A stretch of DNA of 64,000 nucleotides from positions 439,944 to 503,943 of the forward strand of contig KV454018.1 in NCBI GenBank assembly GCA_001661245.1. The letters run 5' to 3'. This DNA is from Pachysolen tannophilus NRRL Y-2460. Its lineage: Eukaryota. Below, in pieces: positions 54,227 to 63,557 of the stretch. Below the pieces are notes generated by a model. It worked only from the letters and a program-made list of their open reading frames with translations, was not told the origin of the DNA and searched no databases. Position numbers and translations under genes: made by a program. How positions within the stretch are numbered: the stretch's first letter is position 1; each line of letters begins with the position of its first letter.

Positions 54227-57200
54227 CTAAACTTCGTCAGAATTATTTGCACCACCTAACTCCTTTGAAGGTCTATGCCATCCAGCAACAGCACCTCCAA
54301 CCGCAGTAGGAACCATGGCTAATGCAGAGATAGCAGAAAGTGTAGATTGCTGTCCATCATTGTTCGTCAAAGTTGATGCATTACTACTATAATTTGAATT
54401 TGAACGTGATACTCTCCAGTCGTGATACATCTTGATTGGATTATGGGTTGGAGAATTTTCTGATTTTAGTTGTATAATCTCCTCCTTGGCTTTTCTGAAA
54501 GGTGGTATGGCTTCGTATAAAGGTGATAATTCTAAGTCATCTTCCGGGTACGGATTTTTTGGTCTTCTTTGGTTTCTTAAAAATCTAAATGTACCCAAAT
54601 AAACCAAAATTCTATAAAGTCTTGTTGGGAATACTCTGACTACCCACTTATCTGGAATAATACGAATTATCCAACCAGCTGGAAACGAAACTAAACCACA
54701 AATAATAGCAGTACCCCACATAGCTCCTGTTTGTCTTGCTATAGAAAAGGCAGCACCACCAACAAACATTATAAGAATTTGAAATCCACCAATAATTGCA
54801 GCAATACCAACAAAATACCAGTTTCTGAAAACATGCTGTGAAAAATCAAGGTTATCTCTATTAAGTCTTTGCTTTACTGTTTCCAAGCCATCACCTTCAT
54901 CCAATTTTCTAGAAACAAAAAGAGCAAAAAATTGTAACCAAACAAATGCATTGAATGTCATTGCAGATAATTGAGTTGATTGGTGGTCATTAATATCTTT
55001 TGTACCAAAGAAAATTTGAGCTCCTGCAAAATGTAATACAAAAGTGATCACCAATTGAACCATTGATTGTCCCATTATCATTTTCCACATTGCAACTGAA
55101 ATCAATGGTTGTGATCTACCAGCTGGGGTTCTATTTAACATACTGTCATCTGGTTTATCAGTAGCCAATGCCAATGCAGCTAATGTATCCATGATCAAAT
55201 TAACCCATAATAACTGAACTGCTGTCAAGACAGAAGATCCACTAGATGAAGCAACAGCAGACACAAAAGTTAACACAACTGCAGTTACATTTACAGTCAA
55301 TTGAAATTGGATGAACTTCTTGATCGAAGCAGCTACAGTTCGACCCCATTTAATAGCATCAACAATTGATTTAAAATCATCAGTCATCAATATAATATCT
55401 GAAGCTTCTCTAGCAACTTCTGTTCCTGAGATACCCATTGAAAATCCAACATCTGCCAACTTTAAAGCAGGTGCATCATTTGTTCCATCACCGGTTACTG
55501 CTACAACTTCCCCCATATCTCTTAAAGTTTTGACTAAAATTCTTTTATCTTCTGGAGAAGACCTTGCCAATACTTTTAATTGAGGAACAATATTATCTCT
55601 TTCAGTTTGTGAAAGTTTTCTAAATACTGGGCCTTCCATACAAGCTTTTGGATTATCTAAATCTTCTTCCTGTAAAATATTACAAGCAAATGAAATTGCC
55701 TTTGCAGTTGTTATATTATCACCAGTAACCATTCTTACAACTACACCTGCTCTTTGACATTGTTCAACTGCTCCTGGAACTCCTGGTCTTAAAGGATCTT
55801 GAATTCCAACTAATGAATCCATAACCAACCCAGCTGATGAACCTTCAATTTTTAAAGCACTATCACTACTACCATCATTAATTTTAAGATGGTTATCAAT
55901 TTCAATAGGTTGACCAAATAATTTATCAGGATCGGCTTCTTCAGGATTATCATCAATCAATTCTTGTGGAGGCCAAGATTTCAATCCAATAAAATCCTTA
56001 TGAGCCATTAAAATTGTCCTTAAAGCATCTTTAGCAAATTCTTCAATTTTACTATTCACAAAAGTTTGTGATGATTGATTTAATTTAAGAACTTGAGATC
56101 CATCATCAGACATTCTAGAATCACATCTAGAGAAAACAATTTCTGATGCACCTTTAACATAAAATCGATAACCATTTTCAACTTTAAGTACAATCCCACC
56201 CCATTTTCTACTACTTTCAAATGGAATCAACTGTACAATTTTTGATTTATAACCATCTCTTAGATCATCTAAAGATTGAGATTCAAATGTTTGAAATGAA
56301 TCTTGTAACATAATCAACAATGCTGTTTCAGTTTTACTACCAACAAATGGTTCAGATAATTGTGGAGATACTTGTTTTTTAGTTTTTTTTAAAGAATACC
56401 AATGTGCTCTTACTGGAGGATTTAAAATATCATCAGCTTCTATATCTACTTCTTCAAGTTGTTTATTTGGGAAAGCTGAAGAATTTAATGAAATATTTTC
56501 AACAATTAATTTTTTCAAATTTCCACCTAATTGATGATCATCAATAATATCAATAGAACTTTCCAATTTAGAATTAACTGTATCATCAAATTCCAAATTT
56601 CCAAATAAACCTTTAACTACTCTCATTCTGTTTAAAGTTAATGTACCTGTTTTATCGGAACAAACTGCTGTAGCACCTCCCATTGTTTCACATGATCTTA
56701 AGACTCTAACCAAGTTACCATCTTTCATCATTCTTGTAGTAGCAAATGCCAATGCTAATGTTACAGCTAATGGTAAACCTTCAGGTACAGCAACCACAAC
56801 TATTGTTATTGCTGTTATTACTATATTTAAAAACTTTGTACCCTTTTCAGTTGGTGCCAAATCATAATATGAATGACCTTTTGGTAATAAACACAAGAAT
56901 CTTATGAAAAGTACAATAAATAATAGCAGAGCAGCTAATAATCCAAATTTCAGAATACCATCAGCTAATGCGGTTAATCTTGCTTGTAAAGGAGTTTCTT
57001 CAGGTTCAACTTTTAAAGATATTAAAGTTCTTCCATGAATTGAATTTGGACCAATTGCAGTGACAACAGCTTTACCAACACCTGATAATAATTTTGAACC
57101 TGAAATTAACATTGGATCTGGAACATTTTTAAAACCAATATCTTCATCATTTGAAAAATTTTCTTCATATAATCTTAAAGCCAAATCTGCAGATAATTTT

Positions 57201-57973
57201 TTAATAGTATTAGTTTCACCTGTTAACAGAGATTCATCACATTCACAACTTCCAGAAACTAATATACAATCTGCGGGTACTATATCACCAGTTTCAAGTC
57301 CCAATATATCTCCAACTACTAAATCATAAATTGATATTACTTCTTTCACTCCACTTCTATAAACAATAATATCTCTATCATCTTTTTTAGAATTAAGTTT
57401 TGTAAATTGTTTTTCCTTTTGATAATCATTTACTGCACCTACAACAACAACAATTAATATTGCAACTATAATCGCCACACCTTCAACCCATTCAACTTTT
57501 GGTTGTGGATTACCTTCATCATCATATTCAACTGGTTGACCAAAAGTTTCATATAAACCTAATGCCAATGAAACAATGGCGGCTATTGATAACATAATCA
57601 ATACTTTATCTTGTAATGCTTCCCATGCTAATTTGAAAAAAGATTTTGGTGGTCTTGAAGGTAATCTATTTTCACCATAAATTTTTTGCCTCACCACTTT
57701 ATCTGGAAGATCTTTATCTAATCCATTTTCAAAATCAGTATTAAATTCATGTTTAATTCTTTCTATTCCTCCAATCTCTTTTAATTTTAATATCGATTTT
57801 GGATCATGCAAATCTGTTAATTCTTCTGTTGTTAAATTGAACCCATTAGTCAACTCGTGTGATCTTGATCCTGAATCTAATCCCGATCCTGATCCCGATC
57901 CTGATCCGGTTGTTGTTATTGTTCTTGTTCTTGTAGAATCCAACCTTATAGGATTTCCTGAACTTTTCATCAT
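54227..57973 (-). CDS. PMC1: Vacuolar P2B-type Ca2+-ATPase Pmc1
   Basis: VVVAVPEGLPLAVT, CSDKTGTLT, MVTGDN, VAVTGDGTNDAPAL, LWVNLIMDTLAALAL. First ATG at 57973. Confidence 0.97.
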   Translation of the reverse strand: MMKSSGNPIRLDSTRTRTITTTGSGSGSGSGLDSGSRSHELTNGFNLTTEELTDLHDPKSILKLKEIGGIERIKHEFNTDFENGLDKDLPDKVVRQKIYGENRLPSRPPKSFFKLAWEALQDKVLIMLSIAAIVSLALGLYETFGQPVEYDDEGNPQPKVEWVEGVAIIVAILIVVVVGAVNDYQKEKQFTKLNSKKDDRDIIVYRSGVKEVISIYDLVVGDILGLETGDIVPADCILVSGSCECDESLLTGETNTIKKLSADLALRLYEENFSNDEDIGFKNVPDPMLISGSKLLSGVGKAVVTAIGPNSIHGRTLISLKVEPEETPLQARLTALADGILKFGLLAALLLFIVLFIRFLCLLPKGHSYYDLAPTEKGTKFLNIVITAITIVVVAVPEGLPLAVTLALAFATTRMMKDGNLVRVLRSCETMGGATAVCSDKTGTLTLNRMRVVKGLFGNLEFDDTVNSKLESSIDIIDDHQLGGNLKKLIVENISLNSSAFPNKQLEEVDIEADDILNPPVRAHWYSLKKTKKQVSPQLSEPFVGSKTETALLIMLQDSFQTFESQSLDDLRDGYKSKIVQLIPFESSRKWGGIVLKVENGYRFYVKGASEIVFSRCDSRMSDDGSQVLKLNQSSQTFVNSKIEEFAKDALRTILMAHKDFIGLKSWPPQELIDDNPEEADPDKLFGQPIEIDNHLKINDGSSDSALKIEGSSAGLVMDSLVGIQDPLRPGVPGAVEQCQRAGVVVRMVTGDNITTAKAISFACNILQEEDLDNPKACMEGPVFRKLSQTERDNIVPQLKVLARSSPEDKRILVKTLRDMGEVVAVTGDGTNDAPALKLADVGFSMGISGTEVAREASDIILMTDDFKSIVDAIKWGRTVAASIKKFIQFQLTVNVTAVVLTFVSAVASSSGSSVLTAVQLLWVNLIMDTLAALALATDKPDDSMLNRTPAGRSQPLISVAMWKMIMGQSMVQLVITFVLHFAGAQIFFGTKDINDHQSTQLSAMTFNAFVWLQFFALFVSRKLDEGDGLETVKQRLNRDNLDFSQHVFRNWYFVGIAAIIGGFQILIMFVGGAAFSIARQTGAMWGTAIICGLVSFPAGWIIRIIPDKWVVRVFPTRLYRILVYLGTFRFLRNQRRPKNPYPEDDLELSPLYEAIPPFRKAKEEIIQLKSENSPTHNPIKMYHDWRVSRSNSNYSSNASTLTNNDGQQSTLSAISALAMVPTAVGGAVAGWHRPSKELGGANNSDEV

Positions 57974-58641
57974 TATCAAGAATTACCAATTTTAAATTAT
58001 ATTATCAAATAATAATAAAATAAAAAAAAAAAAAAAACTAATATTATATGTAGTAGTAGTATATGATCAGATCTACTAACCTTTGCCTCAAATATATGCA
58101 TATAAATATATATATTAATATATTATTAATACATATATATAATATATATAATATATATTAAAATAAAAGTATTAAATTCTTTTATCACAACGTATTTATT
58201 TAATTTATTCACAAGTGGCGCCAATATAATTGCATAATTGAATTTTTTTTTTTTTTGGTTTTTTTCTTGTTTTGTTTGTTTAATCAATTTTTTTTTAAGT
58301 TAATCGCCATTTAGTTTGCTAAGCTGTTTCTTTTTTGTTATTTTTTGCCTATAAAAATCTGTTAAATTAAATTCAAACTCAAATTTAAAATGCAAAAAAA
58401 AACCAAAAAACCAAAAAATCAAAAAAATCAAAAAATTAAAAGTAGAAAAAAGATGGCAGCGTTTTGTTGTATCGAGGCTATGCTCTTTGTGATTTCCTAA
58501 TATGGAACAATTAGTGGTGCACGATAAATAAATATATATATTTTTTTTGTTTTTTTTTTGTTTTTTTTTTTCTTTGCTTAAAATCTTTGCATTTTTTTTT
58601 TTAAGGGTCCCTAATTAAATCTCTCCGTATAACTGTACGGT

Positions 58642-58672
58642 TTGCTGCGCAATAAAAATTATTGCGCAGCAA
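58642..58672. repeat. Perfect 14-bp inverted repeat with 3-nt spacer
   Basis: TTGCTGCGCAATAA-AAA-TTATTGCGCAGCAA. Confidence 0.95.
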
Positions 58673-58811
58673 TTTGTTTGTTTCTTTGTTTGTTTGAGTG
58701 CGCATGCGTTATGCGTACACATGATAAAACCCAAAATTCAGGTTTCAACTAAATAAGGAAGGGCTCAGCTTCTTTTTTCCTTTTCCTTTTTCTTTTTCTT
58801 TTTCTTTTTTT

Positions 58812-59432
58812 TTATACGTTATCGTCATGATAATAAAAACTTGATTTTTTAGGATTTGAAGGAGCATGACTTATATAATTTTCATCATCTGGTGGTCTTT
58901 CATTTCTATCATTATTACATAACATACTATGTATACTTAAAGAAGTAGATAAAATATTTTGAACTGGAGACCATTTATCACCTAATATATCTAAACAAAT
59001 ATGTCCATTTGAATATATATGTGGATGTATAGGTATTTTTGTTATATTATCATCTCTACTTAAAATAAATTGAACTTGTGGACTTTCAAAAGGATATTCA
59101 TCTCCAATTATAAATTGTAATCGATAAATGTCTTCTGGTGAATAAATTGGATTATTTAAAACTTTCATATCTACATAAAGCTTGTTTAATTCACTTGTTT
59201 GGATCAAATGCAAGTCTGTATTATTATTATTTATTATCAAAAAAAAATTTTTTTTTTTTAAGCGCCAAAAATTAGTTAGTATGCGTCTATAATAACAATA
59301 TAAATATACATCATTAATCAATATCATTTAAGGATCTATATTTATATATATTTATATATATATATACATACTTTCAGGTAACTCTTTACCTAAAGCTTTT
59401 ATTTCATTTAAAAGTCTTCTAGTGGCAAACAT
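58812..59432 (-). CDS. Ubiquitin-conjugating enzyme, UBE2W/Ubc16-like; exons 59432-59372 and 59215-58812
   Basis: Intron 59371-59216 (GTATGT..TACTAAC..CAG) joins MFATRRLLNEIKALGKELPE to NLHLIQT. HPHIYSNGHICLDIL, WSPVQ, RPPDD and terminal YHDDNV are UBE2W hallmarks. Confidence 0.88.
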
Positions 59433-59768
59433 CCTCTTTAATATAATATATTAGTATTATTATTTGATTAATTATATAAATCGTTTTATCTTTGTTTCTT
59501 GTTACAAAAAATTAGATTATCACACACACAAAGACATCGAAAAAAAAAAAAAAAAAATAAAATCAAAAATAGTATGTAGTAGTGTTTTAAAAAACTAAAA
59601 CTCCCGTTTCGGATAAAAAGGGCGTTTTCCTTTTTTTTTTGCTTTTCTTTAGAGAAAAAAAACGAGCATCGGATCGAATCTTGGAAAAAAAAATACATAT
59701 AATATAATTATATATATATATATATTTTTTTTTTATTTATATAAAGTAGTTGTATCAATTTGTTTGTT

Positions 59769-61256
59769 ATGCATAGGTTTAGTACACGATTGGCACTTGG
59801 AACTAGGTTTCTGGTCAAGAATGAGTCCACTGTTGTGAGGTCGTTATTATTGTATTATGGTGTCTCATCACAGTTAAGATTGAATTCAACAATGGCGGGA
59901 AACGGAGCCGGACCCGTGGGCGGTGGTGGTCGTGGTCATGGTGGTACTACCGCTTCTACTGGCAGTTCTTCCCCAATTCCACGACCCCAACCACTGTTGA
60001 AAGAAGTTGAAAAATCTCAATCATTACAACAACAACAACAACAACAACAACAACTGCTGCTGCTGCTGCTGACGCTGTCGTCGCCTCTGCTGGACCAATC
60101 TTTAGACGTTTCCCCTCCTGAAAAGAAATTAACCCTTATGGAAAAAATCAAACATGAATTCAATCATTATAAAGATGGTACTAAATTGTTAGGTTTAGAA
60201 ATGAAAATTTCTTTAAAATTGTTATATAAGATGTTTGCAGGTTATGAATTAACAAGAAGAGAATCAAAACAATTAGAAAGAACAATGAGAGATATGTTAA
60301 GTTTATTCCCTTTTGCAATGTTTGTTATTATTCCATTTGCTGAATTATTATTACCTCTTGCTTTAAAACTTATGCCAAATTTATTACCTTCAACATATGA
60401 ATCAAATTTAGATAAAGAAAAAAAAATTAAATTATTAAGAAAGACAAGATTAAAAGTTAGTGAAAATTTAAGACAAATTAAAAAAGAAATTAAATTACCA
60501 CCAACTTTTACAAAAGAAGATAGACAAATTTTTACAAATTTTTATCGTAAAATACAAACAAATAAAAAACAAGATATTTCAAGAGAAGAATTAGTTAAAG
60601 TTGCAAAATTATTAAAAGATGATTTAATTTTGGATAATCTTTCACGTCCAGAATTATGTGCATTTGCTCGTTATATTAATATTAAACCTTATGGTACTGA
60701 ACAAATTTTACGTTATAGAATTCGTCATAAAATGCTTCAAATTAAACATGATGATAGTGTAATACAATACGAAGGAATTGATAGTTTAACTACTCAAGAA
60801 TTACAAAGTGCTTGTACTTCAAGAGGTATTAAAGTACAATCTGTATCACCAACAGAATTAAAAGAAGATTTATCTAATTGGTTAGAGATGAGATTAGTAG
60901 ACAAAATCCCATCTACATTATTGGTCTTGAGTACTGCATATGCTTATGGATCTTTACCAAAAACCTATAAATCTCAATACGATGCATTATTAGCAGTATT
61001 GTTGTCATTACCAACAGAAGTTTATCATGAAACAGAATTAAATGTTTCGGAAGATAAAGATATTACTCATAAACAAAGAATTAATGTATTAAAAGAACAA
61101 GAAAATTTGATTGAATCTGAAAATAAACAAGAACCAAAAGAAGCAGTGGTTCCTATCAAAGATACTATAGTTTTAGATGATAAAATAGTTCCTCATGAAA
61201 AAACACCTGAGATTTTGGAAACAAAGGAAAACGAAACAACAAAATCCAAAAATTAA
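59769..61256 (+). CDS. MDM38: LETM1-family mitochondrial inner membrane protein (Mdm38/Ylh47)
   Basis: HYKDGTKLLGLEMKIS, GYELTRRE, PFAELLLPLALKLMPNLLPSTYES, LDNLSRPEL, ELQSACTSRG. Presequence-like N-terminus from ATG 59769. The paralogue assignment is uncertain. Confidence 0.88.
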   Translation: MHRFSTRLALGTRFLVKNESTVVRSLLLYYGVSSQLRLNSTMAGNGAGPVGGGGRGHGGTTASTGSSSPIPRPQPLLKEVEKSQSLQQQQQQQQQLLLLLLTLSSPLLDQSLDVSPPEKKLTLMEKIKHEFNHYKDGTKLLGLEMKISLKLLYKMFAGYELTRRESKQLERTMRDMLSLFPFAMFVIIPFAELLLPLALKLMPNLLPSTYESNLDKEKKIKLLRKTRLKVSENLRQIKKEIKLPPTFTKEDRQIFTNFYRKIQTNKKQDISREELVKVAKLLKDDLILDNLSRPELCAFARYINIKPYGTEQILRYRIRHKMLQIKHDDSVIQYEGIDSLTTQELQSACTSRGIKVQSVSPTELKEDLSNWLEMRLVDKIPSTLLVLSTAYAYGSLPKTYKSQYDALLAVLLSLPTEVYHETELNVSEDKDITHKQRINVLKEQENLIESENKQEPKEAVVPIKDTIVLDDKIVPHEKTPEILETKENETTKSKN

Positions 61257-61366
61257 AAATTAATAATTAACAATTAAATTTATATATTAAAGATAATTTT
61301 ACTTACGCATACGTACTATTTATTAAGCAAAATGAACTTCCCATCTTGCATTTTTTTTTTTTTTTT

Positions 61367-63391
61367 TCAATTTTCATTTTTCATTTCATCTAATTTTTTA
61401 GTAAAATCAAAATCATCCCATAGCTTTTGAAACTTTTTAACTTTTTCTTTGCTCTCTCCATTGAATAATCTCCTTCTTTTCTCAATATCAAATTTATCCA
61501 ACTCCAACATTCCACCAATAATTCTCCTAACAAATAATTCTTTATCTTTGGGCCATTCTTCATTTTCTTCTTCTATAATATGACCCATACCACCAGATAA
61601 ATCAAACCACACATGGAAATATGGACTTTCTTTGGCGATCAATGATTGATAAGGTTTTGATGAAGTATCAATGATCAGTCTATGCTGATTTTTAAAATCG
61701 TTGGATATTTCGATAATTCCATTTTTGAAAAAATTAGAAACTAATTTCTTATTAAAAGTTGTTGGTAATGGCACAGCCATAACACGACAATGATCATTTT
61801 TATTTGTACATAATTCATAAAATATAACAGTTTTGTTTAGTTTTTGGAAATAAAAAATAGATAATGTTTCCATAAATAATTTTAATTCTTTAAATTCTTC
61901 ATCCTTTAAATATAACGTATTTTTAATATGTCTCAATGGTATTAAAGTAGTCAGAAATGGTACTAAATCTGGTTGTGGTGAAATTATTAATATGAAATGT
62001 GAACCAATTGATATAATTGGTAATTGGTTATGTATATCATTTTCTAAACATAATTTGCAAGAATCCAATTTTTTAGAAATTTCTTTTAATTGTTCTAATT
62101 TAGTTTCTTTTAAAGAAATTTTACCTTTATTCAAATTTTTTAACAATGAAGATGATGTATTTGAAAGATCATCATCTTGCTCATCTAAATCTGCAGAAAA
62201 TTTTTTATTTTTAAAAATTGCCTTAATTTCATTCATTATTATTGATGAATTATTATCTGTCATCCTTTCCTCCAGAGCCATTTGTTCAATTGAAGTTTCA
62301 TTGTCATCATTATTATCATGAAGATTGTTTATAATTTTGCGTTTCCGTAGAGAATTTCCAGAATTTTCATCTTTATCTATTATAGTGTCTTTTTGTTGTG
62401 ATTTAAATGTATTCTCTAGTATTTTAAATTTCTTCTCCAATTCTTTTAAATCCAATGATTTCCGTAATTTTGCTCTAATTAATTCTGATTTCAGTTTATT
62501 TAAATCAGATTGAGTCACCACCACCACCAGTTTTTCTTCTTCTTTTTGTTCTGCATCCTGTTCATCCTCATTAGCAATGCTCTGTGTATTATCACCAACA
62601 AATTCTCTTTTATTATAGAAACTCCCATCAGGCTTTAATTTATAAGTTTTTCCAGGATTAATAAGACGATCATTTAATTCTTGTTCTTCTTCTCGAGCAA
62701 TATCAAATTCAAGTAAATTTCCATATCTTTCTAACGCTATGATTTCAACAGGTTTTTTCAGTTCCTTTGCTTGATCATATATTCTTCTCAATTTCATCAT
62801 CCTCCAACTAGACCCACTATCTCCAAACTCATAAGGTACATCGAATAATCTTGATTGAGACTTAGTTTTTGATTTTGTAACAGTTACAGAAGATTGTTTC
62901 GATGATGGTACTGATTCTTTTAAACCCTTATCGTTTAAATTTTTTTCAATTACAAATCTATTTTCTTTCTTATCATTGCTGTCATATGTTGAAGCTTTAT
63001 TAAAAGAGAAATTTTCTTGTTTCCCAGTACTGATCATCCATTCATCTCTGGTTACATTTTTATTATTTTCCAAAATATCATTTTTTCCTTTTAATTGAAT
63101 AGCAGTACTTCCAGCCTCTATAAATTCATAATCGTCCATATCATCCTCCTCACTCTCAGATTCGTTTAACTCAGACTTTATTTTTTTACTTTTCTGTAAA
63201 TCTTGGTCTTCTTTAAGCCTATTATGGTGATGATGCCCATCTCCTCTACTTCTATTCTGCTCGTTCTTACGTTTATGTGATGAAGATGATGATAACTTTG
63301 AAGAGCTGGAATGACGCTTAGATTTCTCAAATTTCCTGTCACCATCAGAGGACTTAAATCTCAATTTCGTTGGCTTCCTCTCATCCACCAT
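61367..63391 (-). CDS. Cwf19/CWF19L2-like spliceosome disassembly factor (CwfJ C-terminal domains)
   Basis: GDSGSSWRMMKLRR, ALERYG..FDIAREEE, CKLCLE, PYFHVWF..GGMGHIIE, IIGGML, WDDFDFTK. Confidence 0.82.
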   Translation of the reverse strand: MVDERKPTKLRFKSSDGDRKFEKSKRHSSSSKLSSSSSHKRKNEQNRSRGDGHHHHNRLKEDQDLQKSKKIKSELNESESEEDDMDDYEFIEAGSTAIQLKGKNDILENNKNVTRDEWMISTGKQENFSFNKASTYDSNDKKENRFVIEKNLNDKGLKESVPSSKQSSVTVTKSKTKSQSRLFDVPYEFGDSGSSWRMMKLRRIYDQAKELKKPVEIIALERYGNLLEFDIAREEEQELNDRLINPGKTYKLKPDGSFYNKREFVGDNTQSIANEDEQDAEQKEEEKLVVVVTQSDLNKLKSELIRAKLRKSLDLKELEKKFKILENTFKSQQKDTIIDKDENSGNSLRKRKIINNLHDNNDDNETSIEQMALEERMTDNNSSIIMNEIKAIFKNKKFSADLDEQDDDLSNTSSSLLKNLNKGKISLKETKLEQLKEISKKLDSCKLCLENDIHNQLPIISIGSHFILIISPQPDLVPFLTTLIPLRHIKNTLYLKDEEFKELKLFMETLSIFYFQKLNKTVIFYELCTNKNDHCRVMAVPLPTTFNKKLVSNFFKNGIIEISNDFKNQHRLIIDTSSKPYQSLIAKESPYFHVWFDLSGGMGHIIEEENEEWPKDKELFVRRIIGGMLELDKFDIEKRRRLFNGESKEKVKKFQKLWDDFDFTKKLDEMKNEN

Positions 63392-63557
63392 CTTCTAATC
63401 TGATGTTTTCTTTCCAATTAAAATATATAAATATAATATAATACAAATATTTTCTACTTTCTACTTTTTACTTTTTTTGTATGTAAATTTTCACTTTTTT
63501 ATACAATATAGTTATTTAAGAAGAAGAGATTATTAAACTAAAACAAACACATCAAGA

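Noticed and set aside
13840..57229. CUG=Ser (Candida-type code) as the explanation for CTG placement
   Set aside because: Compatible with the Pmc1 sites but fits the OPT P-x-A-K and Dip2 AHQSEVW positions less well than Ala. Disfavoured, though not formally excluded without alignment statistics.
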